The notes: generated by a model not told the origin, from the letters alone. A DNA stretch of 64,000 nt from Firmicutes bacterium CAG:534 (GCA_000436115.1 FR894558.1:83974-147973), one strand, 5' to 3'; positions 19,125-29,329 are shown, counted from the stretch's first letter. Numbers and translations are program-made.

Positions 19125-22100
19125 ATGACGAAAACAGCAAAGAAAAATAGAAAGCTGAAAAGACAGGTAAGGAAAACCATTGGAGGCCTTTTTATGGCCT
19201 CTGCTATTGTGATAGCGGCATTACCTGTACAGGATGTCAGTGCAAATCCGGGAGAGGCAGCCAAACCTGCACCGAAGGTCTGGGTATGGGATAGCCAGGG
19301 GAAGAGAACAGGAGATCTGGCAGGAACGCCGGATTCTTCCATAAAGTCCTTCTGCGAGAGCACGATCCCTTATGTGCCGGATGATGCAACGATTTATACC
19401 TCCGGTGACGGAAGATTTCAGTTTGCTTATGTCAATCCGGGGGATGGAGTAAGATCCGCAGTTATCCTGAATTATAATTCTACGGTATTACAGGACAGTA
19501 CGCTTACAATTCCCAATTCTCTGGAGGCGTTCCGGAAATATAAGACAACTCAGACAGAGGGCGGATATTGCCTGGTTACACAAAACGATGAATTTATGTT
19601 TTATGATGTGTACGAACAGGATTATGTGATGGATGGAAGTAGCCAGGTGCTGCTGTATTATGTTCCGGAGATCAAGTATGACACAGACAAGCATCCGGTG
19701 CCTGCAGGTTCAAGCTACAATGTGGGAGAGTCCATGGTTGTCAACAAAAATCAGCTTGTTACCAGAGATGATAAGCTGGTATACATTGATCCCACAGATC
19801 CTTATGAGTATGATGAAAATGGAATTGCAATCGGAGAGAAGCTTTTTGATGTAACGGAGCGTATGGTGACTCACCAGAAGCCCTGCTATTATGAGCAGCG
19901 CTCCATCTGGGGAGATCAGGACGATAATAAGCTGTATTACCAGGTGAAGAAATCTGTCAATGATAATAAGCCAAATGGAGATTTGATCCATCCTACGGAT
20001 AACGACCATTACAGAATTAATGCCAGCGTGAAATATATCGGACAGCAGTTTATTGATACCAATACCGTAGACGGAACCTGGAGCGTGCGCAAAAACGCAT
20101 ATCGTACAGGCCCGGATGACGGCGTGTTTGCTAACAACGCCAACATCACGAACCTGGTCATCGGAGAAAATCTTTCCGGTATCAGCGACTATGCTTTTCA
20201 GGGGTGTGCAACCCTTCAGAGCGTAAGCTTTGGAAACAACCTGTCAACCGTTGGAAATGGCGCCTTTGCAAACTGCATCAGATTATCACAGTGTAATATG
20301 CCTGTGGAATCCAATATCCAGTCGCTTGGAAAGGATGCGTTTTACAACTGTACGGCGCTTACCAGTATTACCCTGCCAATCAACGTGAAAGCCATTGGAG
20401 ATTCCTGCTTTGAGGGATGCACCAGATTACAGACTGTGGACTTATGCGGAGGCAGTGAAGATGAACTGGACACCATGCTTCAGACTATCGGAAATTCTGC
20501 ATTTAAGAATTGCAGTTCTCTGGGCGAGGTTATTTTCCCCAGCCAGTATGCAGAAAGCAATCTGCAGATCGGCGTATTTGAGGGGTGTTCAAATTTACAG
20601 CGTGTAAAAGTACCAAACAGCAATATGGATTTTACAGATGATACATCCTTCACCTTTGAGACGTTTAAGGATACAGTGCCGGAAAGCTTTTATTTCTGGG
20701 GAGCAGATACCAAGACGGATGACAGAATTGGCAGATCTGCTTTGCATGTAACGGCGAATGAGGAAGAAATTGCTTATAAATACTGGGATAAGGAAGTGTA
20801 CGAGGTTGTGATCTCGGAAGCGGCAACAGGAGCCTCTATCACCTATCAGGTAAATGACCGAAACGAACTGACCAAGATCTGGATCGAGGGAAATCCTGAA
20901 AATGTGGAAATTCCCAAACGGATCGGACCTTATGGAATATCAACTATAGGAACCGGCTGCTTCGACAATGCGTGTACCATTAAGCGTGTTACGATCCCGG
21001 AAACGGTTGCAAATATTGCAGACGGCGCATTTAAGGGAACCCACAATCTGAAAACCGTGATCTTCAGCAATGCGTCAACCATCCAGAGCATCGGAACGGA
21101 TGCGTTCCGCACACAGGTTGTATCCTGCGGGGATAAAATTACGGAAGAAGATCCTGAGCTTACCTTTGTAGGGGCTATGATCAATGACGCCGGGACAGAT
21201 ACAGTACCGTTCATCTACGCCATGACGCCGGAAAACATGATCAACAATCCGGATCAAAATAAGGCATGGATTACCTGTCACAGTGGCTGGCCTACCAATC
21301 TGGAAGTAAAATATAATTATGATTACACAACCGAAGAGGGCGGCGCAGAACTGGAAAGCTATCCCAGATATGATAACTTTACGGATGCCATTACAGATGC
21401 AAGCGGTAATATTACAGGCTTTAAATCCAACAGGGGCAAGATAGAGGCCTATGTGGCGCAGCTTCCCTATGTGAATACTTCGGATGATACGGAAGAAACC
21501 TATCTTGCTGATGTGATCCAGGAAGCGATTGACCGCTGCGAAAAGAATGATCCTGCCAACCTTCCTACAGAAAAGATGCTTGAGCTTGTAAATGCATCCA
21601 AAAATGTAGTGGTGCCTACCAACGTAGATATGCTGAAAAAGGGACTCTTTTCCGGTTATACATATAAAACAGACAGTAACGGAGAGCCTATTGTACCTGA
21701 AGAAGCAGAGGTTGTTGGAACAGAAGGACCAGACACCTATATTAACTCGATTACTTTAAATGGTGTGAATACCATTGATCCGTTTACCTTTACCGGATGC
21801 AGTAATCTTCAAAGTGCAGCGATTATCGGGGCCACAGAGCTGGGCGATTATGCTTTTGGCTGTCTGGAAGAGCTGGACGGTATCACCGGAGTGATTAATT
21901 CAACCAGTGAAAATTGTGAAAATCTTTCCAGCGTTACCTTAGGCCCTAATATTGCAACGGTAGGAATGAGGCCGTTCAGAGGCTGCGATAAGCTCACCAA
22001 CATAGAATGCCTTGGCAGTAATCTGGCATATCAAAACGGTATTTTATATGATTTGAACAATGGTAAAAAGACCATTGCGGAATGTCTGCCCGGAAGAGGA

Positions 22101-24089
22101 ATTAACGTAGGCTCCTATACCGTCGGGCCGGAGGAATTTGACGGGGTAACAGATGTTCTGCCGGAAGCATTTATGGATTGTGATGAGATCGGTAAGGTTG
22201 ATCTGTCCACCACAACGGTAGATACCATACCGGACAGATGCTTTATGGATACGAAAATCCTGACCTCGGTTGTCCTTCCGGATACCGTCAAAAATATTGA
22301 GAAGGATGCCTTTAAAAACAGCGGTCTTAAGCTGTTAACAATCCCTGGAAATCAGGCGTATATTGAAAAAGATGCCTTTGAAAGCAGTCCTCAGCAGACG
22401 ATTAACTTTGAATGTGTTGAGGGAACCACAGCGGACAGATATGCCAAGGAATATGACTATATTAATCCGGAATACGGAAAGGTTTATCTGACCCACACCG
22501 TAACCTTCTGGGACTACCCGGATTACCCGGATATTACAAGCAAGGCTGTATACTATACCACCAAGGTAAAGGACGGAGAGGACGCTGTTCCGCCTACTAC
22601 GCCTCCTTCCCATGACGGAGTTGCCTTCAGCAGATGGACAGACTATACCAACATTTCCAAGGATACAGATGTGTGGCCGATTTTTGGATCCAACATCTAT
22701 GCGGTTTCCTTTATGGATTATGATGGAACACTGATCGGAGAGGTACAGTATATTGAGGAAGGCAAGAGCGCAACGCCTCCTGCCAACCCTACAAGAGAAG
22801 GCTATACCTTTGATAAGTGGTCTCAGGACTGGAACAATGTCACAGAAGACAGAACGATCATTGCGCTTTATATAGATAATTCCAGTGACGCCAGCAGGCA
22901 CACGGTTATCTTTTACGATTATGACGGAAAGACCATTTTAAGCCAGCAGTCCGTAAATGACGGAGAAGCGGCAGTAGAGCCCAAGTCGCCTACCAGAGCC
23001 GGTTATACTTTCCTGGGATGGGTGCCTTCGGACTTCTCAAAGGTCACAAAGGATATGAATATTGTGGCAAATTATGAGAAGGAAGGAAGCGGTACTTCCT
23101 CCAGCGCAAACCCTTCCGGCAGTGGCAGCAACAATGGAAACAATAATGGAAATAACGGCAATGGCAGCAATGCTTCTCCCACCCCCACATCAGCTCCTGG
23201 CGCAAACGGCAGTGATGTGAAGAAGTACACCGTATCGGTATCGGGCGGAAGCGGAAGCGGCAGCTATGCAGCAGGTGCAGTGGTAGCGATCAATGCATAC
23301 TTTATGGGAGAAGGACAGGTCTTTGATAAGTGGACTTCTTCTACAGCGGGAGTTGGCTTTGCAAATCCCAATGCGTCCTCCACAACCTTTACCATGCCTG
23401 CAGCAAATGTGGCCATTACAGCAACCTATAAGACAGGAAGCGGCAGCGCCAATGCAAATGCTGCAAATGGAGGCAGTTCCGCCTCTGGACAGAATGGATC
23501 AAGCTCAAGCAGCAACGGAACCAAGGTAGAGATTACCAGACCGGGTATTTCCAATACAGGACTTGCAGGTGCAACCGTAAGCGGTGCAACAGATAACTTT
23601 ATTGTAAAGATCACAGAGGATCAGGCAGCAACGGATGCGGTGATTGCAGCGCTTCAGGCAGAATACGGAGATATCAGCAGACTGAAATATCTGCCTATGG
23701 ATATCAGTCTGTATGACTCCACCGGCAGAACCAAGATCGCTGATACCTCAGGGATCAGTGTGAACTTAACACTGCCGCTTCCGGATGATCTGATCCAGTA
23801 TGCAGGCAATAATATGGCCGCAGCGGTTAATAAAGGACAATTAGAGAAGCTAAATGCCAGATTTACAACAGTAGACGGAGTACCGTGCATTAACTTTACT
23901 GCTACGCATTTTTCACCTTATGTGATCTATGTAGATACAGCAAACCTGACGCAGGCGACCATTGATGCCACACCGAAGACCGGTGATCCCATTCATCCTA
24001 AGTGGTTTTTGGCAACAGGACTTGCATGTATTTCCCTGATTTTGTTCTTTAAGAGGGACAAGAAGGTGTTACCCGTTAAAACGGCTTAG
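19125..24089 (+). CDS. cell-wall-anchored surface protein: signal peptide, BspA-type leucine-rich repeats, Listeria-Bacteroides (Flg_new) repeats, G/S/N linker, C-terminal TPKTGD sorting signal
   Basis: About 1654 aa. Start at ATG 19125 (AAGGAG 8 nt upstream). Repeated IGxxAFxxCxxLxxVxxP LRR units. GYTFxxW...IxALY repeats. C-terminus ...ATPKTGDPIHPKWFLATGLACISLILFFKRDKK (motif, hydrophobic segment, basic tail). Confidence 0.85.
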   Translation: MTKTAKKNRKLKRQVRKTIGGLFMASAIVIAALPVQDVSANPGEAAKPAPKVWVWDSQGKRTGDLAGTPDSSIKSFCESTIPYVPDDATIYTSGDGRFQFAYVNPGDGVRSAVILNYNSTVLQDSTLTIPNSLEAFRKYKTTQTEGGYCLVTQNDEFMFYDVYEQDYVMDGSSQVLLYYVPEIKYDTDKHPVPAGSSYNVGESMVVNKNQLVTRDDKLVYIDPTDPYEYDENGIAIGEKLFDVTERMVTHQKPCYYEQRSIWGDQDDNKLYYQVKKSVNDNKPNGDLIHPTDNDHYRINASVKYIGQQFIDTNTVDGTWSVRKNAYRTGPDDGVFANNANITNLVIGENLSGISDYAFQGCATLQSVSFGNNLSTVGNGAFANCIRLSQCNMPVESNIQSLGKDAFYNCTALTSITLPINVKAIGDSCFEGCTRLQTVDLCGGSEDELDTMLQTIGNSAFKNCSSLGEVIFPSQYAESNLQIGVFEGCSNLQRVKVPNSNMDFTDDTSFTFETFKDTVPESFYFWGADTKTDDRIGRSALHVTANEEEIAYKYWDKEVYEVVISEAATGASITYQVNDRNELTKIWIEGNPENVEIPKRIGPYGISTIGTGCFDNACTIKRVTIPETVANIADGAFKGTHNLKTVIFSNASTIQSIGTDAFRTQVVSCGDKITEEDPELTFVGAMINDAGTDTVPFIYAMTPENMINNPDQNKAWITCHSGWPTNLEVKYNYDYTTEEGGAELESYPRYDNFTDAITDASGNITGFKSNRGKIEAYVAQLPYVNTSDDTEETYLADVIQEAIDRCEKNDPANLPTEKMLELVNASKNVVVPTNVDMLKKGLFSGYTYKTDSNGEPIVPEEAEVVGTEGPDTYINSITLNGVNTIDPFTFTGCSNLQSAAIIGATELGDYAFGCLEELDGITGVINSTSENCENLSSVTLGPNIATVGMRPFRGCDKLTNIECLGSNLAYQNGILYDLNNGKKTIAECLPGRGINVGSYTVGPEEFDGVTDVLPEAFMDCDEIGKVDLSTTTVDTIPDRCFMDTKILTSVVLPDTVKNIEKDAFKNSGLKLLTIPGNQAYIEKDAFESSPQQTINFECVEGTTADRYAKEYDYINPEYGKVYLTHTVTFWDYPDYPDITSKAVYYTTKVKDGEDAVPPTTPPSHDGVAFSRWTDYTNISKDTDVWPIFGSNIYAVSFMDYDGTLIGEVQYIEEGKSATPPANPTREGYTFDKWSQDWNNVTEDRTIIALYIDNSSDASRHTVIFYDYDGKTILSQQSVNDGEAAVEPKSPTRAGYTFLGWVPSDFSKVTKDMNIVANYEKEGSGTSSSANPSGSGSNNGNNNGNNGNGSNASPTPTSAPGANGSDVKKYTVSVSGGSGSGSYAAGAVVAINAYFMGEGQVFDKWTSSTAGVGFANPNASSTTFTMPAANVAITATYKTGSGSANANAANGGSSASGQNGSSSSSNGTKVEITRPGISNTGLAGATVSGATDNFIVKITEDQAATDAVIAALQAEYGDISRLKYLPMDISLYDSTGRTKIADTSGISVNLTLPLPDDLIQYAGNNMAAAVNKGQLEKLNARFTTVDGVPCINFTATHFSPYVIYVDTANLTQATIDATPKTGDPIHPKWFLATGLACISLILFFKRDKKVLPVKTA

Positions 24090-24098
24090 GAGTATTCC

Positions 24099-26846
24099 AT
24101 GAATAGAAAAATTGCAAAAACCCTGAGTATTCTGCTGGCGCTTACGGCGCTGGCAGTTACCCAGGTACCTGTGTCAGATGCGGAAGCAAGCGCTGTCGCA
24201 TCTGATTTTGAAATGGAAGGAAGTAAGCTACTCAAATATACAGGCACGGCGGAAGTCGTGTCTATTCCTGATAGCATTAAAGTGATCGGCGAGGAAGCGT
24301 TTGCGGGAAATGAAGATCTGATCAAAGTAACGGTAGCGGGAGATGTAGAGGAGATCGGTTATCGTGCCTTTGCAGGCTGTGATAATCTGCGGACCATAGA
24401 ACTGGGGGATGGAGTGAAAACGCTTGATACGGCGGCTTTTGCCAATGACGGCGAGCTGGTGAACGTGACCCTGGGCGCAGGAGTGAAGGATCTGGGAACC
24501 GGAGTATTTGCAGGCTGCGGGCAGTTAAAGGAGCTGCAGGTTTCAGAGGATAATCCCTATCTGCATTATTCCAATGGCGTGTTGTATGATGATGAAGAAA
24601 CCATTTTGTATGCAGTGATGCCGGGAGCCATGAAGGGGGCGTATACCCTGCCTTCAACGGTAAAAGAGATCAAGGGCTATGCCTTCTGGGGAAACCCTTA
24701 TCTGGAAGAGCTGACGCTGGGAAGCGGGCTTTCGGAGGTTCCTGCCTATGCGTTTTCAAATTGCAGTAATTTAAAGAATGTTTATATTCCACTTCCGGTA
24801 AGAGGAATTGGTGCCAAGGCATTTGAGGATTGTGTAAACCTGGAAAAGGTTACATTACCGGATTCCATGGCGAATATCAGTGACAGCGCCTTTGACGGCT
24901 GTCCCAATGTGAGCTTTGATGCGACGCTTGGAACCTACAGCGGCGATTTTGCAGCGGCCTTCCAGAAGTCGGATGTAGAGGAAGTAGAATACGAAGAAGT
25001 GCAGGATTCACAGGTGATCGATCCTGCGCAGATTACAAATGATACGTCAGATCAGGCACCTGCAAATGATCAGACCACGCCTCAGGAAGAAAATGCGCCC
25101 CAGACGGGAAATCCATCTCCGTCTCCAACCATAGGAGTAGAGACCACCACGGTGAATAACCTGACGATCCTTGGCCAGTCCAGTATTGTATCCGGCAGAG
25201 CCGTGATCTTTATTGATAACAGGCAGGCTTCTGTTATGTCAGGAGGACAGACGGCGAACGGAACTGCGTCACAGAGTGGGAAAATAGATCTGTCAGGAGA
25301 GGAGCAGCCCGTAACTACGCAGGAAGGAAACGAAGCAAGGGATCTTCTGGTGGATAATGCACAGAAGGGAAAGGATTTTCCTAAATATACTGTAGCAGGA
25401 GATAAGATTGCCAGCCAGGCTTTTTATCAGCAGGCGGACATGACAGATTATGAGATCCCGGAGGGAATAACAGAGATCGGAGAGTTTGCCTTTGCCCGGA
25501 GTGGATTAAAGAAAGTGATTATCCCAGAAGGCGTGACAACCATTGATTATGGTGCGTTTTATCATTGCGATCAGCTGACAGAGGTGCAGATTCCATCCAG
25601 TATATCTAAAATAGATGCCCATGCATTTGATAATACGCCCTGGCTTTCCAAACAGCTTGCAGGCAGTTCCTATGTGATCGTAGGAGATGGAATTCTGCTT
25701 GCTTATGGAGGAACAGACAGTGTTGTAAATATTCCAGGCGGCGTGAAGCAGATCGGACCTCAGGTCTTTAAGGACCATATGGGAATTACGGCAGTGAATA
25801 TACCGGACACCGTAGAAGTGATCGGAGAGGAAGCCTTTATGGGCTGCAGAAATCTGAAAACAGTAAACGGCGGTAAAAATCTGACAGCCATTGAGGATCG
25901 GGCTTTTAAAAACTGTCCTCTTTCCAGTGTGACTATTCCGGCTTCTGTAAAGTCGGTAGGACTGGAGGCATATGAAATTCCGGGAGGAACAGATACCGTA
26001 GTATTTGAGGGAACGGAGCTGCCCGTATTGATGATGGGGAACAGCGCAAAAAGACTGGCAAACAAGCAGGAGCGCGGCTATGCGTTTTCTCCTGTTAAAA
26101 ATGCGGTGGTGCCGGAGGGAGTAACGGATCTGACAGGAACGGTGCTGGAAAGCGGAAAATATGGTTTCGCAGGAACGGTAATTACACCCTCGGGGACGGT
26201 TGTAGCCGATAATACGGCAGGCGTACAGACCGTACAGGATGCCGGGGTATCGGTTGTGATTGACAGCGCTTCCCTTACAAAGGATGAAAATACACAGGCA
26301 CAGCTTGCCGGTGAAAACGGCAGCTTTGTACTGAAAATAAAGGACAGCGAGGATGCTGCCGCCCAAATAGCAGAGGCATATGGGGAATTGTACGGTGGAA
26401 AGGTACCGGATCATTTGCTGGCATATGATATTTCCCTGTATGATAATTCTCAAACGATCCCCATAACGAAGCTGGGAAAACAGACAGCGACCATACAGCT
26501 CAGCATTCCGGATGGAATATCACCGGAAAAAATGCATGTGGTGACTTTGGATCAGGACGGACAGCTTGAAGCAGTGCAGTTCAGATTACTGGAGCTTTCC
26601 GGGAAACCCTGTGTACAATTTACTACAAACCATTTTTCACCTTATGGGATTTATACCTATTCGGACTTAAACGGACAGGCCGTTGTGACAAATGGAAAGG
26701 CTGTGATCACAGATCTTTCCGGCAATAAGGATGATACTCCTGATACAGGGGATCCCATACATCCCAAGTGGTTTTTGGCGATTGGACTTCTTGCAGGAGC
26801 AGTAGCGCTTTTCTTTTACAAAGGGAAAAGAAAAGGAATTTCATAA
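24099..26846 (+). CDS. second cell-wall-anchored BspA-type LRR surface protein with C-terminal TPDTGD sorting signal (paralog of upstream gene)
   Basis: 915 aa. Signal peptide MNRKIAKTLSILLALTALAVTQVPVSDAEA. LRR units. C-terminal about 150 aa alignable with the upstream protein. Ends ...DTPDTGDPIHPKWFLAIGLLAGAVALFFYKGKRKGIS. AGGAG RBS. Confidence 0.85.
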   Translation: MNRKIAKTLSILLALTALAVTQVPVSDAEASAVASDFEMEGSKLLKYTGTAEVVSIPDSIKVIGEEAFAGNEDLIKVTVAGDVEEIGYRAFAGCDNLRTIELGDGVKTLDTAAFANDGELVNVTLGAGVKDLGTGVFAGCGQLKELQVSEDNPYLHYSNGVLYDDEETILYAVMPGAMKGAYTLPSTVKEIKGYAFWGNPYLEELTLGSGLSEVPAYAFSNCSNLKNVYIPLPVRGIGAKAFEDCVNLEKVTLPDSMANISDSAFDGCPNVSFDATLGTYSGDFAAAFQKSDVEEVEYEEVQDSQVIDPAQITNDTSDQAPANDQTTPQEENAPQTGNPSPSPTIGVETTTVNNLTILGQSSIVSGRAVIFIDNRQASVMSGGQTANGTASQSGKIDLSGEEQPVTTQEGNEARDLLVDNAQKGKDFPKYTVAGDKIASQAFYQQADMTDYEIPEGITEIGEFAFARSGLKKVIIPEGVTTIDYGAFYHCDQLTEVQIPSSISKIDAHAFDNTPWLSKQLAGSSYVIVGDGILLAYGGTDSVVNIPGGVKQIGPQVFKDHMGITAVNIPDTVEVIGEEAFMGCRNLKTVNGGKNLTAIEDRAFKNCPLSSVTIPASVKSVGLEAYEIPGGTDTVVFEGTELPVLMMGNSAKRLANKQERGYAFSPVKNAVVPEGVTDLTGTVLESGKYGFAGTVITPSGTVVADNTAGVQTVQDAGVSVVIDSASLTKDENTQAQLAGENGSFVLKIKDSEDAAAQIAEAYGELYGGKVPDHLLAYDISLYDNSQTIPITKLGKQTATIQLSIPDGISPEKMHVVTLDQDGQLEAVQFRLLELSGKPCVQFTTNHFSPYGIYTYSDLNGQAVVTNGKAVITDLSGNKDDTPDTGDPIHPKWFLAIGLLAGAVALFFYKGKRKGIS

Positions 26847-26863
26847 AGAGAGAACTGAGTAGA

Positions 26864-26904
26864 AACTCCCGGCATATGATAAGAAAAAGGCCGGGAGTTT
26901 TTTT
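26864..26904 (+). terminator. intrinsic terminator ending the sortase/surface-protein operon
   Basis: AACTCCCGGC-16nt-GCCGGGAGTT stem followed by TTTTTT, 18 nt after the stop at 26846. Confidence 0.65.
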
Positions 26905-27828
26905 ATGCTTCGGGTAAGACGGCAAATAGGCTGCAGCGATGAACTGCTGGATACCTGCAGGGGATCAGGAGTGACGGTTGCTATGTTAGACACCGGAGTG
27001 GCTCCCCATCCGGATTTTGAAAACAGAGTGATCGCCTTTGCAGATTTTGTGAATGAAAGAAGGACCCGGTACGATGACAGCGGGCATGGAACCCATGTTG
27101 CCGGGTGTTTGTGCGGCAGTGGACGTGTATCAAGGGGGCGCTATAAGGGAATTGCGCCTGACAGTCTTCTGGTGGTGGGAAAGGTTCTTGATTATAAGGG
27201 GGACGGAATATTAGAGAGCATGCTCCGCGGAATGGAGTGGATCCTTGGAATACAAAACAGATACAATATCCGCATTTTAAATATCTCTATTGGAATGGGA
27301 AGCGCACCTAATCAGGATAAAATGATGCAGCTCCTGTCGCTGGTGGATGAGGCGTGGAAACAGGGGATCACAGTAGTATGTGCAGCAGGAAATATGGGGC
27401 CAAAGCCCATGAGCCTGTCGCCGTTGGGACAACGGGAGCAGGTGATTACGGTGGGGTGCCATGAGGGAGGATATTTTGGAAACCGAAAAGGACTGTGCGA
27501 GGATTATTCCAGCAGGGGACCAAGCCCCTATGCAATGAAAAAACCGGATATTGTGGCGCCGGGAACAGAGATTATTTCCTGCAGCTCAGGGATCAGGCTG
27601 AAAGGGCGTTGTTACCAGAATGCTTATGCAGCCAAGAGCGGGACCTCCATGGCAACGCCTATCGTATCGGGAGGTGCGGCGCTGCTATTGCAGAAAAATC
27701 CGGCCCTGTCGAATGAAGAGGTAAAAAGGAAGCTGCTGCATACGGCGCATGATCTGGGAGAACCATGGAATAAGCAGGGATGGGGAATGATTGATATAAA
27801 AAAACTGCTGGAAAACGCAGGGGGATAA
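26905..27828 (+). CDS. subtilisin-like serine protease (peptidase S8), no signal peptide
   Basis: Catalytic triad blocks VAMLDTGV (Asp), HGTHVAGC (His), GTSMATPIVSGGAALL (Ser). 307 aa, no hydrophobic N-terminus. ATG 26905 is the first start after an in-frame stop at 26860 and has no SD. Confidence 0.8.
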   Translation: MLRVRRQIGCSDELLDTCRGSGVTVAMLDTGVAPHPDFENRVIAFADFVNERRTRYDDSGHGTHVAGCLCGSGRVSRGRYKGIAPDSLLVVGKVLDYKGDGILESMLRGMEWILGIQNRYNIRILNISIGMGSAPNQDKMMQLLSLVDEAWKQGITVVCAAGNMGPKPMSLSPLGQREQVITVGCHEGGYFGNRKGLCEDYSSRGPSPYAMKKPDIVAPGTEIISCSSGIRLKGRCYQNAYAAKSGTSMATPIVSGGAALLLQKNPALSNEEVKRKLLHTAHDLGEPWNKQGWGMIDIKKLLENAGG

Positions 27829-27837
27829 AAAAGGTCA

Positions 27838-27866
27838 TTGACAGAAGTTGTTCTATTGTATACAAT
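27838..27866 (+). promoter_or_regulatory. promoter with overlapping GntR/FadR-type palindromic operator
   Basis: TTGACA (27838-27843), 17-nt spacer, TACAAT (27861-27866). Perfect palindrome TTGTATACAA (27856-27865) straddles the -10. Matches the generic GntR-family (t.GT...AC.a) operator consensus. A GntR/FCD regulator is encoded in the operon. Confidence 0.5.
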
Positions 27867-27916
27867 TATACACAATAACAGCGTTAAAAAGGGAAAACAG
27901 AGGGAGGAAATGAATC

Positions 27917-29329
27917 ATGGCTGATGATAATGATCTTTTTTTAGACAGACCGGTTTCACTGAACACGAAGAACAACCTGCTTGAGATTGAAGAGCATATG
28001 TACATATTGGATGATGTCAAAAAGCCCAATGTGTTCCGGAATATGTTCCCTTATTCTGAGGTGCCAAAGATACCGTTCAATGACAGGATCGTGCCGCATA
28101 ATATGCCCAAGGATATCTGGATCACGGACACCACTTTTCGTGATGGACAGCAGTCGAGAGCGCCCTATACCACAGAGCAGATCGTCAAAATTTACGATTA
28201 CCTGCACAGACTGGGCGGGCCAAACGGAATGATCCGCGCCAGCGAATTTTTTCTGTACAGCAAAAAGGACAGAGATGCCGTTTACAAATGTATGGAGAGG
28301 GGCTATGATTTTCCACAGGTTACCAGCTGGATCCGGGCAAGCAAGGAGGATTTCAAGCTTGTCAAGGAAATCGGAATGCCGGAAACCGGAATTTTGGTAA
28401 GCTGTTCTGATTATCATATTTTCTTGAAACTGAAAATGACCAGAAAACAGGCCATGGAACATTATCTGAGCGTGGTTCGGGACTGCCTGGAAGAGGGGAT
28501 CAGCGTCAGATGCCATCTGGAGGATATTACCAGAGCCGACATTTATGGTTATGTAGTGCCTTTCTGCCTGGAACTGATGAAGCTGATGGAAGAGTATAAG
28601 ATCCCTATCAAGGTAAGAGCTTGCGATACTATGGGATATGGTGTAAACTACCCTGGTGCGGTTATTCCAAGAAGTGTTCAGGGAATTATTTATGCGATCC
28701 ACACCCATGCAGGAGTTCCCCATGAGCTGATTGAGTGGCACGGACATAATGATTTTTACAAAGCTGTGGTCAATTCTACAACGGCATGGCTGTATGGCTG
28801 CTCCGGCGTCAATACTTCTTTATTTGGCATCGGAGAAAGAACCGGAAATACGCCGCTTGAGGCAATGGTATTTGAGTATGCACAGCTGAAAGGGGATCTG
28901 AACGGAATGGACACCACCGTGATCACCGAGCTTGCAGAATACTATGAGAAGGAGATCGGATATCATATTCCGGAGAGAACTCCCTTTGTAGGAAAGAATT
29001 TCAATGTGACCAGAGCCGGAATTCATGCAGACGGCCTCTTAAAGAATGAGGAGATCTACAATATTTTTGATACGGACAAATTCTTAAACAGACCGGTTCT
29101 GTGCGCCGTATCCAATACCTCCGGGCTGGCAGGAATTGCACACTGGATCAATACCTATTTTAAGCTGAAGGAGGACAAGCAGCTTGATAAATCAAGTCCT
29201 CTCGTAGCAGAACTGAAAAAATGGGTAGATAAACAGTATGAGGACGGACGTGTGACCGTAATCACGGATAAGGAATTAATTGAGCAGATAGCGATCGTCT
29301 GCAAAAAACTGGATATGACCATAGGGTAA
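27917..29329 (+). CDS. DRE-TIM metallolyase family synthase (homocitrate/2-isopropylmalate synthase-like; candidate Re-citrate synthase)
   Basis: 470 aa. DTTFRDGQQ signature of the IPMS/homocitrate synthase/citramalate synthase family, and HxH metal site region. Sits in an operon with GntR and isocitrate dehydrogenase. Confidence 0.75.
   Translation: MADDNDLFLDRPVSLNTKNNLLEIEEHMYILDDVKKPNVFRNMFPYSEVPKIPFNDRIVPHNMPKDIWITDTTFRDGQQSRAPYTTEQIVKIYDYLHRLGGPNGMIRASEFFLYSKKDRDAVYKCMERGYDFPQVTSWIRASKEDFKLVKEIGMPETGILVSCSDYHIFLKLKMTRKQAMEHYLSVVRDCLEEGISVRCHLEDITRADIYGYVVPFCLELMKLMEEYKIPIKVRACDTMGYGVNYPGAVIPRSVQGIIYAIHTHAGVPHELIEWHGHNDFYKAVVNSTTAWLYGCSGVNTSLFGIGERTGNTPLEAMVFEYAQLKGDLNGMDTTVITELAEYYEKEIGYHIPERTPFVGKNFNVTRAGIHADGLLKNEEIYNIFDTDKFLNRPVLCAVSNTSGLAGIAHWINTYFKLKEDKQLDKSSPLVAELKKWVDKQYEDGRVTVITDKELIEQIAIVCKKLDMTIG

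Noticed and set aside
22335-22901. Long antisense ORFs inside large genes (also 25506-26453, 27956-28747, 34879-35757, 45007-45762, 48970-49518, 53763-54353, 43317-43865)
   Set aside because: All lie opposite well-supported conserved CDSs, lack RBSs and have low-complexity or biased composition. They are shadow ORFs.
23080-23200. Short tandem DNA repeats (AAYAATGGA-like) that might be a VNTR or CRISPR-like array
   Set aside because: They are in-frame codons for the Gly/Ser/Asn linker (GSGSNNGNNNGNNGNGSN) of the LRR protein. No spacer/repeat organisation.
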